NCBI GenBank assembly: GCA_051313645.2
Contig: JBNRSN020000007.1
Span: forward strand, 98,518,001-98,582,000
Length of the DNA stretch: 64,000 nucleotides
Origin: Centroscyllium fabricii
Lineage: Eukaryota
Direction: 5' to 3'
Below are positions 11,568 through 23,311 of the stretch, piece by piece. The position numbers were made by a program, and so were the translations under genes. Numbering within the stretch: position 1 is the first letter of the stretch; each line of letters opens with the position of its first letter. The notes below the pieces were generated by a model. The model saw nothing but the letters and a program-made list of their open reading frames with translations, was not told the origin of the DNA and ran no database searches.

Positions 11568-12486
11568 TGTGAAGGGATAATTACTAGTCCTAGCCCTTTT
11601 TGGGCTACCCCAGATCAAGCATATTCCCCAGACGTTCACTTTCAACTAAAGTTAGAGATAGCTGAATTCTATAAGACGCGGAATTGGGTCTAAAGGTGCA
11701 GGCTATCTCTCTCTAAAGGAAAGGAACATCTGAAGATGTTATCGTCATCCGGATAGCACTTTTAACAAGTTTAACTAGACTGTAACCTTCCGGATATTAT
11801 GAGAGTCCGGAACCGCCCCCCCGCAGAATTCTGCAACTCCTTACAAAAGAGTGTACAGAAATTGAGTTCGCGAGTTTGATACAGAAATACTCTTGAGACA
11901 ATTCTAAAAATATATAAATTTATTGAAGAACCGACATCCAGTTACCAGTTTGTGAGTCAATTGCAACGTTATTAGTTCAAAAACAAATAGCTTACATTTC
12001 TTATCCTCAGAGATTCTTATTCTCAAATCTTAACTTCGTACATTTTTACATTTCTTATTCTTAATTCTAATTCAGAATATCCCCCAAAATCAAATTAAAA
12101 GTACCTTGATCTCCGAGACTCAGAGTTAAAAACTTGCAGAATGTGCCTCTGAAGTTGAGACAATTGTTTTGCCCCTTTCCAGCGACTTCTGACTGTCTAT
12201 CTGAAAAGCTCTATTTTTATTTTTTTAATGTAGTGGTTTATCCTTTGAAGTTTTCTTCTGATGTAAGCTAATTATCTCTAGTCATCTTCCTGTTGACTTT
12301 TCTCTATACTTACTGCCAATTCAACTGTTAGCTTGCAGACTTCTGTCTGTTGTTTAGGTGTTCTGAAAATTTATCATAAATGGCTACAGCAGATCTATCT
12401 CTTTGATGTCATTCTTATTGAAGGTCTTCCACTCAATTCTTAATATATAATTCTGCAAAGCTAAGATTTCTGAGTTTTTGGCCACA
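11568..12486 (-). mobile_element. Putative solo LTR
   Basis: TGTG...CACA termini; minus-strand AATAAA near 11920; flanks GTTCT/GCTTT are only a poor TSD. Confidence 0.3.
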
Positions 12487-12891
12487 GCTTTGCAGATATA
12501 CTGACAGCCGCTGGCTAGCTGGCAAAGATTCGGAGCCCGCCCGCCCACCTGTCAATCACCAGCACTTGACCTTTCCCATTGGTTCCACTCGACTGTGATG
12601 TCACAGTGGTGTGTTTCCATGGGAACTGTCAACAACCAGTGCTGAAACTGTCTGTCAAGCTGCTTGCAGCCCGCTGCAACTCTGATTCGATGGATGCAAT
12701 TACCAGCGGCTCCCCGCACGCGGGGATTTAATTGCTCAATTAAATGAAAATTGCGTGGGGTTCCCAGGTCTTTGGGTGGGTGGGGCAGGAACCTGCCCCG
12801 ACCAATCCCCGCACTTCCAAGCAAATCCCGACCTATCTGTGGATGAGAGCCAAAATTTGCAAGGGAATGACGTTTTGGAGATTGTGTGGTA

Positions 12892-13398
12892 CAGGTTGAG
12901 CACCGTTAATCCGGCACGGGCGGGACCAGGCCCGTGCCGGGAAAGTGAAAATCCCGAACGATTGAAGCTTCGGTGAGGGCATGCGCAGACCATTCAAAAT
13001 GGCCACCGCGAAAGACCGGCGGCCATTTTGAGTGGTCTGCACATGTGCTTATCGTTCGGGGAGTCCCGGCCTAGCCCGCGTTCGGGGAGTCCCGGCCCAG
13101 CCCGGGTTAAGGGAATCGCAGCCCAGCCCGCGATCGGGGAGTCCCGTCCCAGCCCGCGTTCGGGGAGTCCCGGCCCAGCCCGCATTCAGGGAGTCCCGGC
13201 CCAGCCCGCTATCGGCTCGGAGAGACCATTGTGAATGATCTGCGCATGCGCTCGCTGTTCTTTGGCGCATGCGCAGATCATTTGCCGAAGCATGAATCAC
13301 GGCGGCCATTTTGCGCATGCGCAGGGCAGTCGGGGAATTATTGCCGGACGTTCGAAGTTGCCGATTTTTCAGGTAACGGATTAACAGTGCTCAACCTG
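12892..13398 (+). mobile_element. Tigger-like non-autonomous element, copy 4, with an internal 26-bp tandem repeat
   Basis: TA|CAGGTTGAGCACCGTTAATCC ... GGATTAACAGTGCTCAACCTG|TA; six units of CGTTCGGGGAGTCCCGGCCCAGCCCG at ~13053-13209. Confidence 0.85.
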
Positions 13399-14477
13399 TA
13401 CTTGCTTAATTGTACCATTTTAGAATTTTTCTATTTTCCAGAAGAACTTCACTTTAAGGCAGAAGCAGAGAATATAAATAATAATCTCAGATCACTTCAA
13501 TGCACCAACAAAAATCTGATTCATGCAAACTGACTTGGTAAAGGGATGGCTAGGTCTAATGTACTCTGTAGAGTATCATACTGGATCAGATCTGTGTTTC
13601 ATATGAAACATGAGAAATTGAAGGACAAGAAAACACATTTGGCCATTGCTGCCCATCTTCAGCTCTCCCATTAGATTACTCTGCTCTGAGTCCTTGCAAA
13701 TGTCTATATTAAATGTGGTACAGTAAGTAAAATTGAACACAATATTCCAAATGTGATACGACTAGTGAAATGTAAAGCCATAACAACCTCAATCACACGG
13801 TAGGTAGAAAGGCCTTCATCCCATTTGCTCTCATTCTATTCAAAATACCAAACCAAACACCTTCCCATTACAGTATCTAGCTATTTCTTAAAGGAGTCAG
13901 TCAGTGCCCTGGACTCGACCACCCTCTCTGGCAATGTGTTGATAAATTACTAGCTAATAAAATGTTTCCTTTCATGGGGGCAGCATGGTTAAAAAACTTG
14001 TGAATTCCATTTTTGTCAGACCAAAATGTAATTTCTCATACATTTGTCTAGCATTGTGGTATTTACCAGCTTCAAAGTTGACAGAAGGTGTAGTGGGCAG
14101 CTTAAGTATTCCCCAGTAAGCAGATTACCATAATTAAGGTTAATTGTTAGGCCGGGCAACATTAATGCAGTGTACCATTAGTTTTATTTTTGTAGGTGAC
14201 TTGGTCTATTTATGGAATCTGTCTTTAAGCTGTTTACATGGGAAAAGGTTTTTTTTAAAGCCTCAAGTGCAACAAGAACCTTTGGGGGGGATTTTCATGT
14301 CCCCGTCAGGCAGGGTTTTGGGCAACCGTGAGGTGAAAATAGGAAAATTTTGGTTCCCGCCCCAGGCCGCCGAATCCCTGCCGGTTTTGGATTTTCGCCC
14401 GGCCTGTTTCCCCGCCCCGAATCTTTCCCGCCAGCGGGGATGGCTGTTAAGGTCGTTAAGGACCCTTAATTGGCATG

Positions 14478-14878
14478 TTCAATTCAATTCAAGTTTTATT
14501 GTCATTGCAGAGTACTAGTACAATACAACGAGACGAAGACTCGCCGCTCCCGAGAGTAGTGCAAATAATTTACAAACAATTGCATACAGTAAAGTACATT
14601 TTCAGGTGTGCAGGTGCCGGAGTTTTTTGTTCGAGTTCAGGAGGCTGACAGCCCTGGGGAAGAAGCTGTTCTTGAATCTAGTTGTGCGGGTGCGAATTGA
14701 TCTGTAGCGTCTCCCGGAGGGCAGGGGGGCGAACAGACTGTGGCTGGGGTGTGTGGGGTCTTTAATAATGTTCAGAGACCTCCGTAGGCAGCGTTTTGAG
14801 GTAGATGCTTTCAATTGACGGTAGCTGGGTGCCGGTGATTCGTTGGGCAGATTTGACTACCCGCTGCAGGGCCTTCGA
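14478..14878 (-). mobile_element. Rex1/Babar LINE 3' fragment
   Basis: IIKDPTHPSHSLFAPLPSGRRYRSIRTRTTRFKNSFFPRAV; (TTGAA)n tail; shorter sister copy at ~47395-47590. Confidence 0.8.
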
Positions 14879-15221
14879 GGTGACTACCCGAGGTGTAATG
14901 CCATTTTAAGGGCCCTTAGCAATTTTCAGCTGTTTCCACCCAAACGCCGCCACCCTAAACTCCGTTCGGTGAAACCTAGCGGGAACACACTCGGATTGCT
15001 GAGTATCTGTGGCAGGTCCCTCATTGAAGGCTCACATTTAATCAGCCACCATTGGCATTCGCAACCACATTGTTGTGTCAGGCCTGGGGATGCTTGCAAC
15101 AGGTTTCAGCACACCTGTGGAAGTTTGGATCCTCTCACACTTCTGCAGTGTGACCTGGGAAAGCCCTCTGACTTCCCCCCCCTCAGTCAGTGCTTCCTCA
15201 GCCAAGGCTGCCAGCACAGCC

Positions 15222-16429
15222 ATGGGAGGCCTTTTCTTCCTTTCCTTCTTGGCATTAGATGATCTCCAGCAGGAGCAGTTGCGACGACAGCAGCAGCAGC
15301 AACACACTCCTGTGGATCCTCCGGAGGCAGCACGGGCCAGAAGGCATCGGCGCATGGAAGGCCGTCACCGTAGAAGATACCCCCTAAACAGGGTCTACAG
15401 AGTCAGGGCCACCTACCTCAACATGAGTGAGCGGCAGTGCCAAAGGCAGCTCCGACTTTCCTGAGAGGCAGTCACAGACATCTGCACAATACTGCAGCAA
15501 CAGCTGGAGCCCAGAACACCAGGAAGACATGCCTTACCAGTGGCCCTCAAAGTCACCACCGCACTTAACTTTTTTGCCTCGGGCTCATTCCAAGGATCAT
15601 CAGCGGCATCTCCCAGTCGGCCGCACACACTTGCAGCAGACAGGTAACCGATGCCCTCTTTGCCCTCGCCCACAATTTCATCCATTTCACCAGGGATCGC
15701 GCAAGTGTGAGGGGGTGAGCGTTTGGAATAGCTCGTCTGGCAGGCTTCCCAAGGGTGCAGGGCATCATTGACTGCACACATGTGGCCCTTAGGGCACCCC
15801 CCAACAACCCAGTTGCTTTTGTCAACCGCAAGGGCTTCCATTCGCTCAATGTTCAACTGGTGTGTGACCACAACAAGGAGATTTTGCATGGGTGTGACAG
15901 GTACCCTGGCAGTTGCCATGACTCCTTCGTCCTGCGCCAGTCAACCTTGCCTGCGCTCTTCACACCGCCAGACGAAATTCCGGGATGGCTACTTGGAGAC
16001 AAGGACTATCCCCTCGGGACTTGGCTCATGACACCGGTCAGGTGGCCAGCCAATGAGGCTGAAGGGAACTACAACTCCAGCCACATCTCCACCAGATGCA
16101 TTATCGAGCACACCATCGGCTTGCTGAAGATGCGTTTCAGATGCTTGGACAGATCAGGTGGAGCCCTGCAATACTCCCCAGCCAGGGTCTCCAAAATGGT
16201 AGTGGTTTGCTGTCAACTTCACAACATGGCACAGCGTCGTAGCTTGCACATTCCTGACCAAGACCTGGCTCCTCGCATACCGTCCTGAGATGATGAGGAA
16301 GAGGAGGAGGAGGACGATGAGGAAGAGTACGGGGTTGCTCCAGCGCGGCAGCAGCTACCGCCAGCATTACGCGAGAACATTGCTGCCCGGCAAGCAAGGA
16401 ACGAGCTCATCCTTGCAAGATTTACTTAG
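15222..16429 (+). pseudogene. Harbinger (HARBI1-family, DDE_Tnp_4) transposase, disrupted
   Basis: [41 protein letters not shown]; in-frame stops (15462, 16286) and a frameshift. Confidence 0.9.
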
Positions 16430-17932
16430 CCTACTCAAGGCAGCTTCTGTTAATCTCACCATGTTAACTGCGCATCCTGAATGCCAAACACCATGCGCTT
16501 CCATAGCTCATAGCTCCATGATCCCCAGTATTCCAGGAAGTTCTGAGTGTAGGGGGTGGCCTTGGGGTCACAATTGCCTCTGAGTGCCTTCAGCGCTCGC
16601 ACAGGCTCCTAGGCCCCTGAGGCAGCACGCAGTACACCAACGCTCATTTTCTCCATCCATCACATGCAATGGTTTAGTGCTTAGCTGCTGCAAAGCTGCT
16701 TTAAGGCCAAGGAGCAGCATCACATGCAATAATGTACACAGAAACATTAAACGTTGCCATGCTAATATAAGGTTTAATAAGGAAATACAACAACCATGCG
16801 CAAATGAATGGTTGTTGGAGTGAAGACCAGCATCTATCAATCAGTCCATTTATTTGGTCCCAGCCATCACACCTAGCTACATGCAGCTTGGAAAGGTCAC
16901 ATAATCATTCTGAGCAATGGAGAAGTTCAGCCAGTCCAGTTTTGAGATTGCACTTTGCTTTCCATTGTCCCTCAGGGTCTCCCACTGTCACGTGGTGCCC
17001 CTCCCTTTTCAACTGCGCCAGACATTGACAACTTCCATCTGCTTCTGCTGTGGTGGTCTCACGGACTTCGTGCTTGGAGTCAAGCCTATCAAAGTTGGTC
17101 AAGCGACTGAGGTCTTCAGTGTCAAGCAAGCCAAGTGTTTCCTCATCCTGGGTTGCTGCAGAGATGTACCGCAAAATGATGCAAGCGCTGTCCCGTTTTT
17201 TTCGCAAACTTTCCTGGCCCTGCATTAAACTTCCATGGAGGTGTTTCAGGGCTGGGCATCCCAATATCCAGGAGGAAATATGGGACACAGTTGAAACAGC
17301 TTTTTGGTAGGCCTGGAGACGCCTGGTTGGCGCAGAGTTTTGAGATGCTAGACATGCTGCCACCATCGCTCATTTGCCATGTTCCTCAGGGTGATGTGTT
17401 GTGGGGGGCTAGCTGCCAATAGAAAATGTTAGATGCGTGGGAACTTTGCCCAGTTGGCACCTTTTAATCGTTGTCCACCTCCATCCATAAGCAGTTCAGT
17501 TATGTTAAGCGTTCACCCTTGAGGATTGTTTATGTTCAGCGTTAATCCTTATGATGTTTGGTCGCTCTCCATTGTGTTGTTTCTGATGCTTGTATGGTTC
17601 CCAGCTTCATCGCTGTGCTCGCTGGTGTGTCCATGCCTGCAGATAAGTCACATTCAATGGCCTTCACCCTTCACCATGGACCTCCTGTCTGTTTTGAACC
17701 TCCTGCGTCTTGCTGTAACTCCTTTTGGTAGTCTGCGTCTGCATCATTGCATATCTGTGAGGACTGACCGAATGTTGCCTAGCCTGCATAAGGCGTCAAT
17801 GTGGAATGGCCAGTGGGACGGTTCCAGACGTGACAAGTCCAGGAGCTCCCATGCCCCTTCGTGTACACTGCTTAAAAACTATGAACTCCTTATTAAACTA
17901 GTTTTCTATCACCCAAGTGACTCCCCTTGTGC

Positions 17933-20618
17933 CTAATAGTGCTTTATTTTTCTCTTACGTGAGCTTCTACGTGGTGCTGTCCCTGTGGTGTCAGCAGATG
18001 TGCTGCTCATGTGTTGACACCTTTGGCGGGCATCCTCTGGGGCGGCGAGCCTGTGAGGACTCGTCACCAGTCTGCTGCTCCTGCGGCTGGGCAGGGGATG
18101 AGACTTCCATCTCAGTTGGGTGGGGACTCCGGCGGGCCTCTGACCGAGGGCTCTGCAGTGGCATGGAAGTGGGAGCGCTTGGAGAGGAGCCCCCACTTCC
18201 TGCAAGTGTGCCACCTACCTCCCTCTCATGGGTGAGCTCCCCCTCAGCGCCTGCAAGTGGCTGGACAGCACCTTACTGAACATCAGTGGGGCCATGGGGA
18301 CCCGTATCTGCACTGGAACTCCTACTGGGAAGGACTTCCATGAAGGTCTGGTTCGTGCGTTTACTAGATGGCCATCGCTCCTCAAGAGATGTCAGTCTAT
18401 TGTGAACACTCACCATGTTTTCCACACACTGGTGACTTATCTGCTCCATGGCCGTTGCCACCCTCTCATCCACTGTCGCCATCCTTTCCATGGAGGTTGC
18501 CATCCTTGTCATGGTGATGCGGTCATGCGCCACTGACTCCACAAAGGCTCTGCTCATGCTCGCTACGGACTCCTCCATTCGCTTCACACTCGCCGCTACC
18601 TCGGAGACAAAACCTGCCAGACACGCTTGCATCTCTGTATGGAGTCCTATTAGCTGTACTCTGCCGGATGGATCCAGAGGCACAGGGTCCACATGGAGCT
18701 GAGCTGAGCTGGCAGAGTCCTGCGCCCTCCGACTAGGACTCTACAATGCTGTCCCTGTCTCCACAATCTGCTGAGGCTCACTTGTGATTTGTGATTCACC
18801 CGGTGACAATCCTAAGCTATGTCCCGAGGGTCCCACGGAGGTGCGATGTATCTGCGCTGGTGCTGGGTGTCCTCCGTGCTGCTGACGCTGCGCCCTCAGA
18901 GGTGGGAGCTTCCTCTGAGGATTGCACATGGGCAGGCTCTTCAGCAGAAACACTGGCCAGGTGCTCTGCCGATGGTCCTGTGGGGCAGTAAAGAAAGAAG
19001 TTAGAGATGTCTTACCAAGGTTACATTCACATACCATTCAGCAGATGAGTAGAAGTCCATCTGAAGTGCTTTTATATTTATTGTGGCAAACTCATGTGAT
19101 AGCTATGATAGAGATATTGGGCCAGAAATTCCAGTCTGCGCATATCGGGTTTAAGCTCTGGTGCAAGCGCACCAGAGCTTAAACCCGCAGGAAGCAGCCA
19201 GTAGCGCAGCTTCGGGTTTTCCTATGCCGGCCGGCGGGGAGGTTGGAGTTCCTGCGAGGTCCAGCGCAGGAAGCATCGAACTACGGGAGCGTCCAGTCAT
19301 TCCGATATTTTTTTAAAGTTTTTCTACGGACCAAGACCAGGATTTTCTATGCTGGGAAAAAGCAGTCGTAAGTGCCGTTTTTATCTGGTAAGTGTGTATT
19401 TTATTGATTTTAATTGTTGTTTTTTCAGGTTTTTAATTGTTGATAACTTTAAAGACAGGTAAGTATTTTTTTAGACCTGTTGGAAGTTGAAAACATTTTC
19501 TGTAAAAAAAATATTCTTTAAAATAGGTTATTTGTGTTAGTTGGGGTAATGTTAAAAAAAAATGTGGTGTTTGTAAAATTTTATTTTTGTGTTTAGATGT
19601 CTTTTGGGCAATCTCTCCTTTCAAAACTCGCACAGATTTCTCTGTGGAAGTTTTGAACGGAGAATTGGTTCCACTGATTCAGGTGGTCTCAAAAGCCATC
19701 TCGCACTAATTACGCCCTTCAGATGCCCATGAAACTCGCACGGAGCTCTGACAGGCTAGGCTAACTGCAATTTCTGAGTGCAAAAAAGCAAAACTGAATA
19801 TGGGCAGTTCAAGTGCGTTAAGCAGGTACTGCACCCGCACAAAGGCTCCACTGCAATTTCTGGGCCATTAAACAATTCTGTCACCAGCTTCCGACCCGGA
19901 CCCTGCCCCTCCCTCGCCCACTCCTGACGCTTCTCCATCGCCCACAATTTCCAGAACTCCCTCCTCCCAGGTGGTCAGGTGCGTGATGGAGGGGGGGCCT
20001 CCTCCGGTCCTGGCTCTCTCCCGCTTGTTGCTGGCTGTCCTTTCCTGCAATGAGGGAGACAAGTGGAGGTTGAGTGAGAAGGAAGGAGTTTGTGCAGCGA
20101 GTGAACAGCAAAGATAGTTGGAGGGAGAGAAAGATGGAGTAAGGCTGCAAGACCAAGGGCTCTCCCTGTGTGCTGTCAGATGTGCTGCAAGCATCGGAGT
20201 GTGAGGGCTGCATGATCGAAAAGGCCTGTGAATGTGAGCATAGAGAGAGAGGGAATGGGTAAGGGTGCTTGGATGTGATAGTGAAGTGGGATGTGGAGGA
20301 AGGGACTGGTGAGGAAAGGTGAGGGGGATCAGATTGAGGGTGATGGAAAATTAATACTTACTTTAGCAGTGCGGTGAAGGTCATGGAATCTCTTCCTGCA
20401 CTGGAGCCAGGACCGTGCTCTTACTCCCAAGGAGGTCACCCCCTCAGCCACCTGCAGCCAAGCAGCCTTGGTCTGGGAGGGAGGTCTCTTCCTCCCTGAG
20501 GAGGGGAAGAGAACCTCCCTGTGGGCCCTAGCCCCCTCTAATAAGGAACCTAAGGAAGCCTCGGCGAATTTGGGCGCGGGTCGTCCCCTCCCGATGCAGC
20601 ATCCTCACGCTCTGCCAT
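17933..20618 (-). pseudogene. Harbinger Myb/SANT DNA-binding protein, 3 exons (20618-20362, 20044-19885, 18977-17933), disrupted
   Basis: PAPKFAEASLGSLLEGARAHREVLFP...AAWLQVAEGV...RSWLQCRKRFHDL; GT-AG introns; coiled-coil (VKRMEES...SMERMAT) and basic tail. Confidence 0.85.
19119..19866. mobile_element. Harbinger MITE nested in intron 2 of the Myb gene
   Basis: GGGCCAGAAATTCCAGT ... ACTGCAATTTCTGGGCC; TSD ATT. Confidence 0.8.
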
Positions 20619-21399
20619 CCTGCTAAACGTTAGCAGAAGGCGGAGGAGTGCGGGAGGCGAGCTGTGTGCATTAAAAGAAACGGGAATGCTGACGTCATGC
20701 TGTGCAACTTTCTGACTGGAAATCATAGACTGAGAAGACTTCCCACAGGCGGGGATTTAATTGGGCACTTAGCCAAAAATAACGTGGGAAACGCAGACAC
20801 TTTAGCGGGCGGCCCTAAAACCCGCCACGCCCAAAACCCGGCAATTCCCCGCACTTCCAGCAAAATCCCCCCCTTTGTTTCACCCTGCCAAAAGCCCCAC
20901 AGCATGCACAGCATTTTTGATATTGGGTGGTATATTACTAGTATTCTCTCTGGTTAAATACCTCCCAAGAAGTTGTGATCTTTTACTTGGCCCAGTGGTA
21001 ACATTTTCCCCATCTCTCAAAGTTTTGCAGAAACATTTTCCTAATCTTTATAATTCTCCTCCTGATTCAGAGTATTTTTAAATTAACTTTGCCTTTGCTG
21101 TTCTTAGGTATGTACTTATCCTGCATGTCCCTTATACTGTCCATGTTACAGTTTGGGTTTCCCTAACGCTCTCACATGGTTATAGTAACAAGACAGTTTC
21201 CATCGAAAGGCCTAGGTTTCTATGATACAAAAATTATATAACTCATATTTGGAGTGAAAAGAGTTGTCATACCATAGGACTAACAATTATGCTTTGTTAA
21301 ATTGCAATCTAAATTCTTCCATAAATCTTTCGCTGCATCCTCTGTCTACTGCTTTTCTTCTTTTGGTATTTTCTGAAAATTTGCCAAGCTTATATTTGA

Positions 21400-21745
21400 T
21401 TGTGATATCCAGGTAATTAATGCAACTCCGTGAAACTCCAGTCTACACCCCCTTGCAGCACTCTGATGTGAATGCTCGCACAGCTACTTTTTATTTTTTA
21501 ATATCAAGGTAATTGATCTAGTTAGAAACCGAGGTCTCAAGTACTGATCCCTGAGGAACTCTTCTTAGACACTTATCCCCATTTTGGCATTATCCTTCCC
21601 GTAGCTACTCTCTGCTTCATTTTTAGCTAACTTCCTATCCAGTCCCATTGTTCTACATAGGATTCCAGTAGCTTTTAACTTAATTAGAAACCTTTCATGT
21701 GGGACTTTGTGAAAAGGATTCTGAAGAGCCATTTTAAACATTATA
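21400..21745 (-). mobile_element. Old CR1 LINE RT fragment
   Basis: ACTGATCCCTGAGGAACTC (GVPQGS on the minus strand) and CR1-like neighbours; boundaries approximate. Confidence 0.5.
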
Positions 21746-22213
21746 GACCATGTTGTGGAAGCATGGCCTATAAGTGTTAGCTCCTGAATTTGCTTTTAAA
21801 TCACATTCAGGTTTAAATGCTTTATCAGAACAGTTATTATGTGTTACTCTTGCACTTTCTATTATTCAGATTTTAAGCATTTACCATATTTGTTCTTTTA
21901 TTTGGCCCTTAAATTACCATCTCCTTCAGTTTTTGGTGAGTTTTGACATCAGCAGTACGTATATGTGAGGGTAGAAGCAAACACCAATGATCACGGGTAA
22001 GGGCAGTGGTGGCACGAGGACAGGATTGCACCTCAGGAGATGTATTTGATGTCACCATATTTTGCACTGATAAAGATTGCTCAGTTTTTTTACTTGTAAC
22101 TGTGGAAATAATAGGCTACTCAAATAATCATGATATTTATATTTTATTACATTATTTGTAAAACCAGTTGCATATAGTTGTCTGGACATAATGATTCTAT
22201 TTGAACTTTTCAG

Positions 22214-22361
22214 AACAGGACAAGGAGACTGTTTGTAACATTTTGGCAAACCCCCCTGGCCTTGATGAAGAGGAAGATGAAGATACCAATTACCTTGTAT
22301 TTGAGTTTTCAGACAAACCTCCTCTTACATGTTACAATATACAAGCTTCCCTTTCTCATGG
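22214..22361 (+). CDS. BCORL1: BCORL1 penultimate exon (linker, start of PUFD)
   Basis: ttttcag|AA...CATGG|gtaag; 148 bp, phase 1-2; EQDKETVCNILANPPGLDEEEDEDTNYLVFEFSDKPPLTCYNIQASLSHG. Confidence 0.9.
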
Positions 22362-23016
22362 GTAAGAGTTGGATTCTTAATCAACATAATTCAGAAGATA
22401 ATAGCAAGAATTTAAACTTATTGGCATGTCGGATTGGTGGTGCTTTGGGTTAAACATTGGTCTTTCATCATTGGGACTCAGGTTGGGGGTTGGGCAGCCT
22501 GGAACAGGTAAGAGCCAAGGTATCCTTGTACTCCTCCTGACCCACAAGAATCTTTTACGAAGTAAAAAAATTGAACTTTCCTTGGCATCTGTGACCAGGA
22601 TCCAGTCCGCCGCCAGTTTTAGTTGGGGGGTTTGATACTACGGAGCTTAATCGGGACCGCATTTAAAATGGTGTGCATGTCACAATGATGTCATTGGGAC
22701 ACGACTTTGCCATTTAAATTAGACCCCATTCCTCTAGGGTAGACGGCCTTCACTTGCCTGAATTCAATACAAGCCATTACTTTAATCCATTACATTGCTG
22801 AATACAATGTAACAGGACAATTAAAAGGGACTATAAAAGATTGCTTTTTGATGTTGATTTGTAAATTTCAAGACAGATGAATGTTAAATCATTTTAGGTA
22901 TAATTTTATGATAATTCTACACACTAGAGATGTGAATTTTCAGGTTATTTAATGGGGTTATCCTTCATAGTGTATGAATTATACTTAATACCCTGTATGT
23001 TTTTTTGTTTGTACAG

Positions 23017-23311
23017 CCCTTGCAATTGGCTGGCGTTATCAGAAGTTCTCCGAAGATTGAAAATGTCAGTCAGGATTTTCCAATCCCGCTTCCCTCACTT
23101 TGAAATAGCTACCATTACTGAGGTAGAATTTTACAAGCAGGTGTCTACAAGCCAGGTACATTTTCAGCTCGGGAACCTCCAGTTCTGCTCCCTGGATGGC
23201 AGGATGTCTCTGGAACTGGTACAGTGCGTGCCTGAGTTGTTGGACCTTATTGGTTCTACAGTGGAATTATTAACTGAAGACTGTGAGAAAGTTATTACAT
23301 TCACAAGGTGA
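23017..23311 (+). CDS. BCORL1: BCORL1 last coding exon (PUFD domain)
   Basis: gtacag|C; PCNWLALSEVLRRLKMSVRIFQSRFPHFEI...EFYKQVS...LLDLIGSTVE...TR*; PCNW and FQxRFPHFE are BCORL1-type. Confidence 0.9.

Larger units (their letters stand above)
14284..20873 (+). mobile_element. Near full-length decayed PIF/Harbinger transposon in a BCORL1 intron
   Basis: Perfect 12-bp TIR GGGGGGGATTTT / AAAATCCCCCCC; TSD TTT; convergent transposase and Myb/SANT genes. Confidence 0.9.

Noticed and set aside
4143-13398. Functional link between CpG-rich MITEs and the role of BCORL1 in PRC1.1 at CpG islands
   Set aside because: Nothing in the sequence shows enrichment at this gene over the genome background; likely coincidence
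15222-20618. Domesticated host genes HARBI1 / NAIF1 / MSANTD
   Set aside because: Enclosed by TIRs and a TSD, with stops and frameshifts, and several paralogous relics in the window
22952-23016. N-terminal part of the 119-aa ORF as coding
   Set aside because: Intronic polypyrimidine tract; BCORL1 homology starts after the AG at 23015-23016
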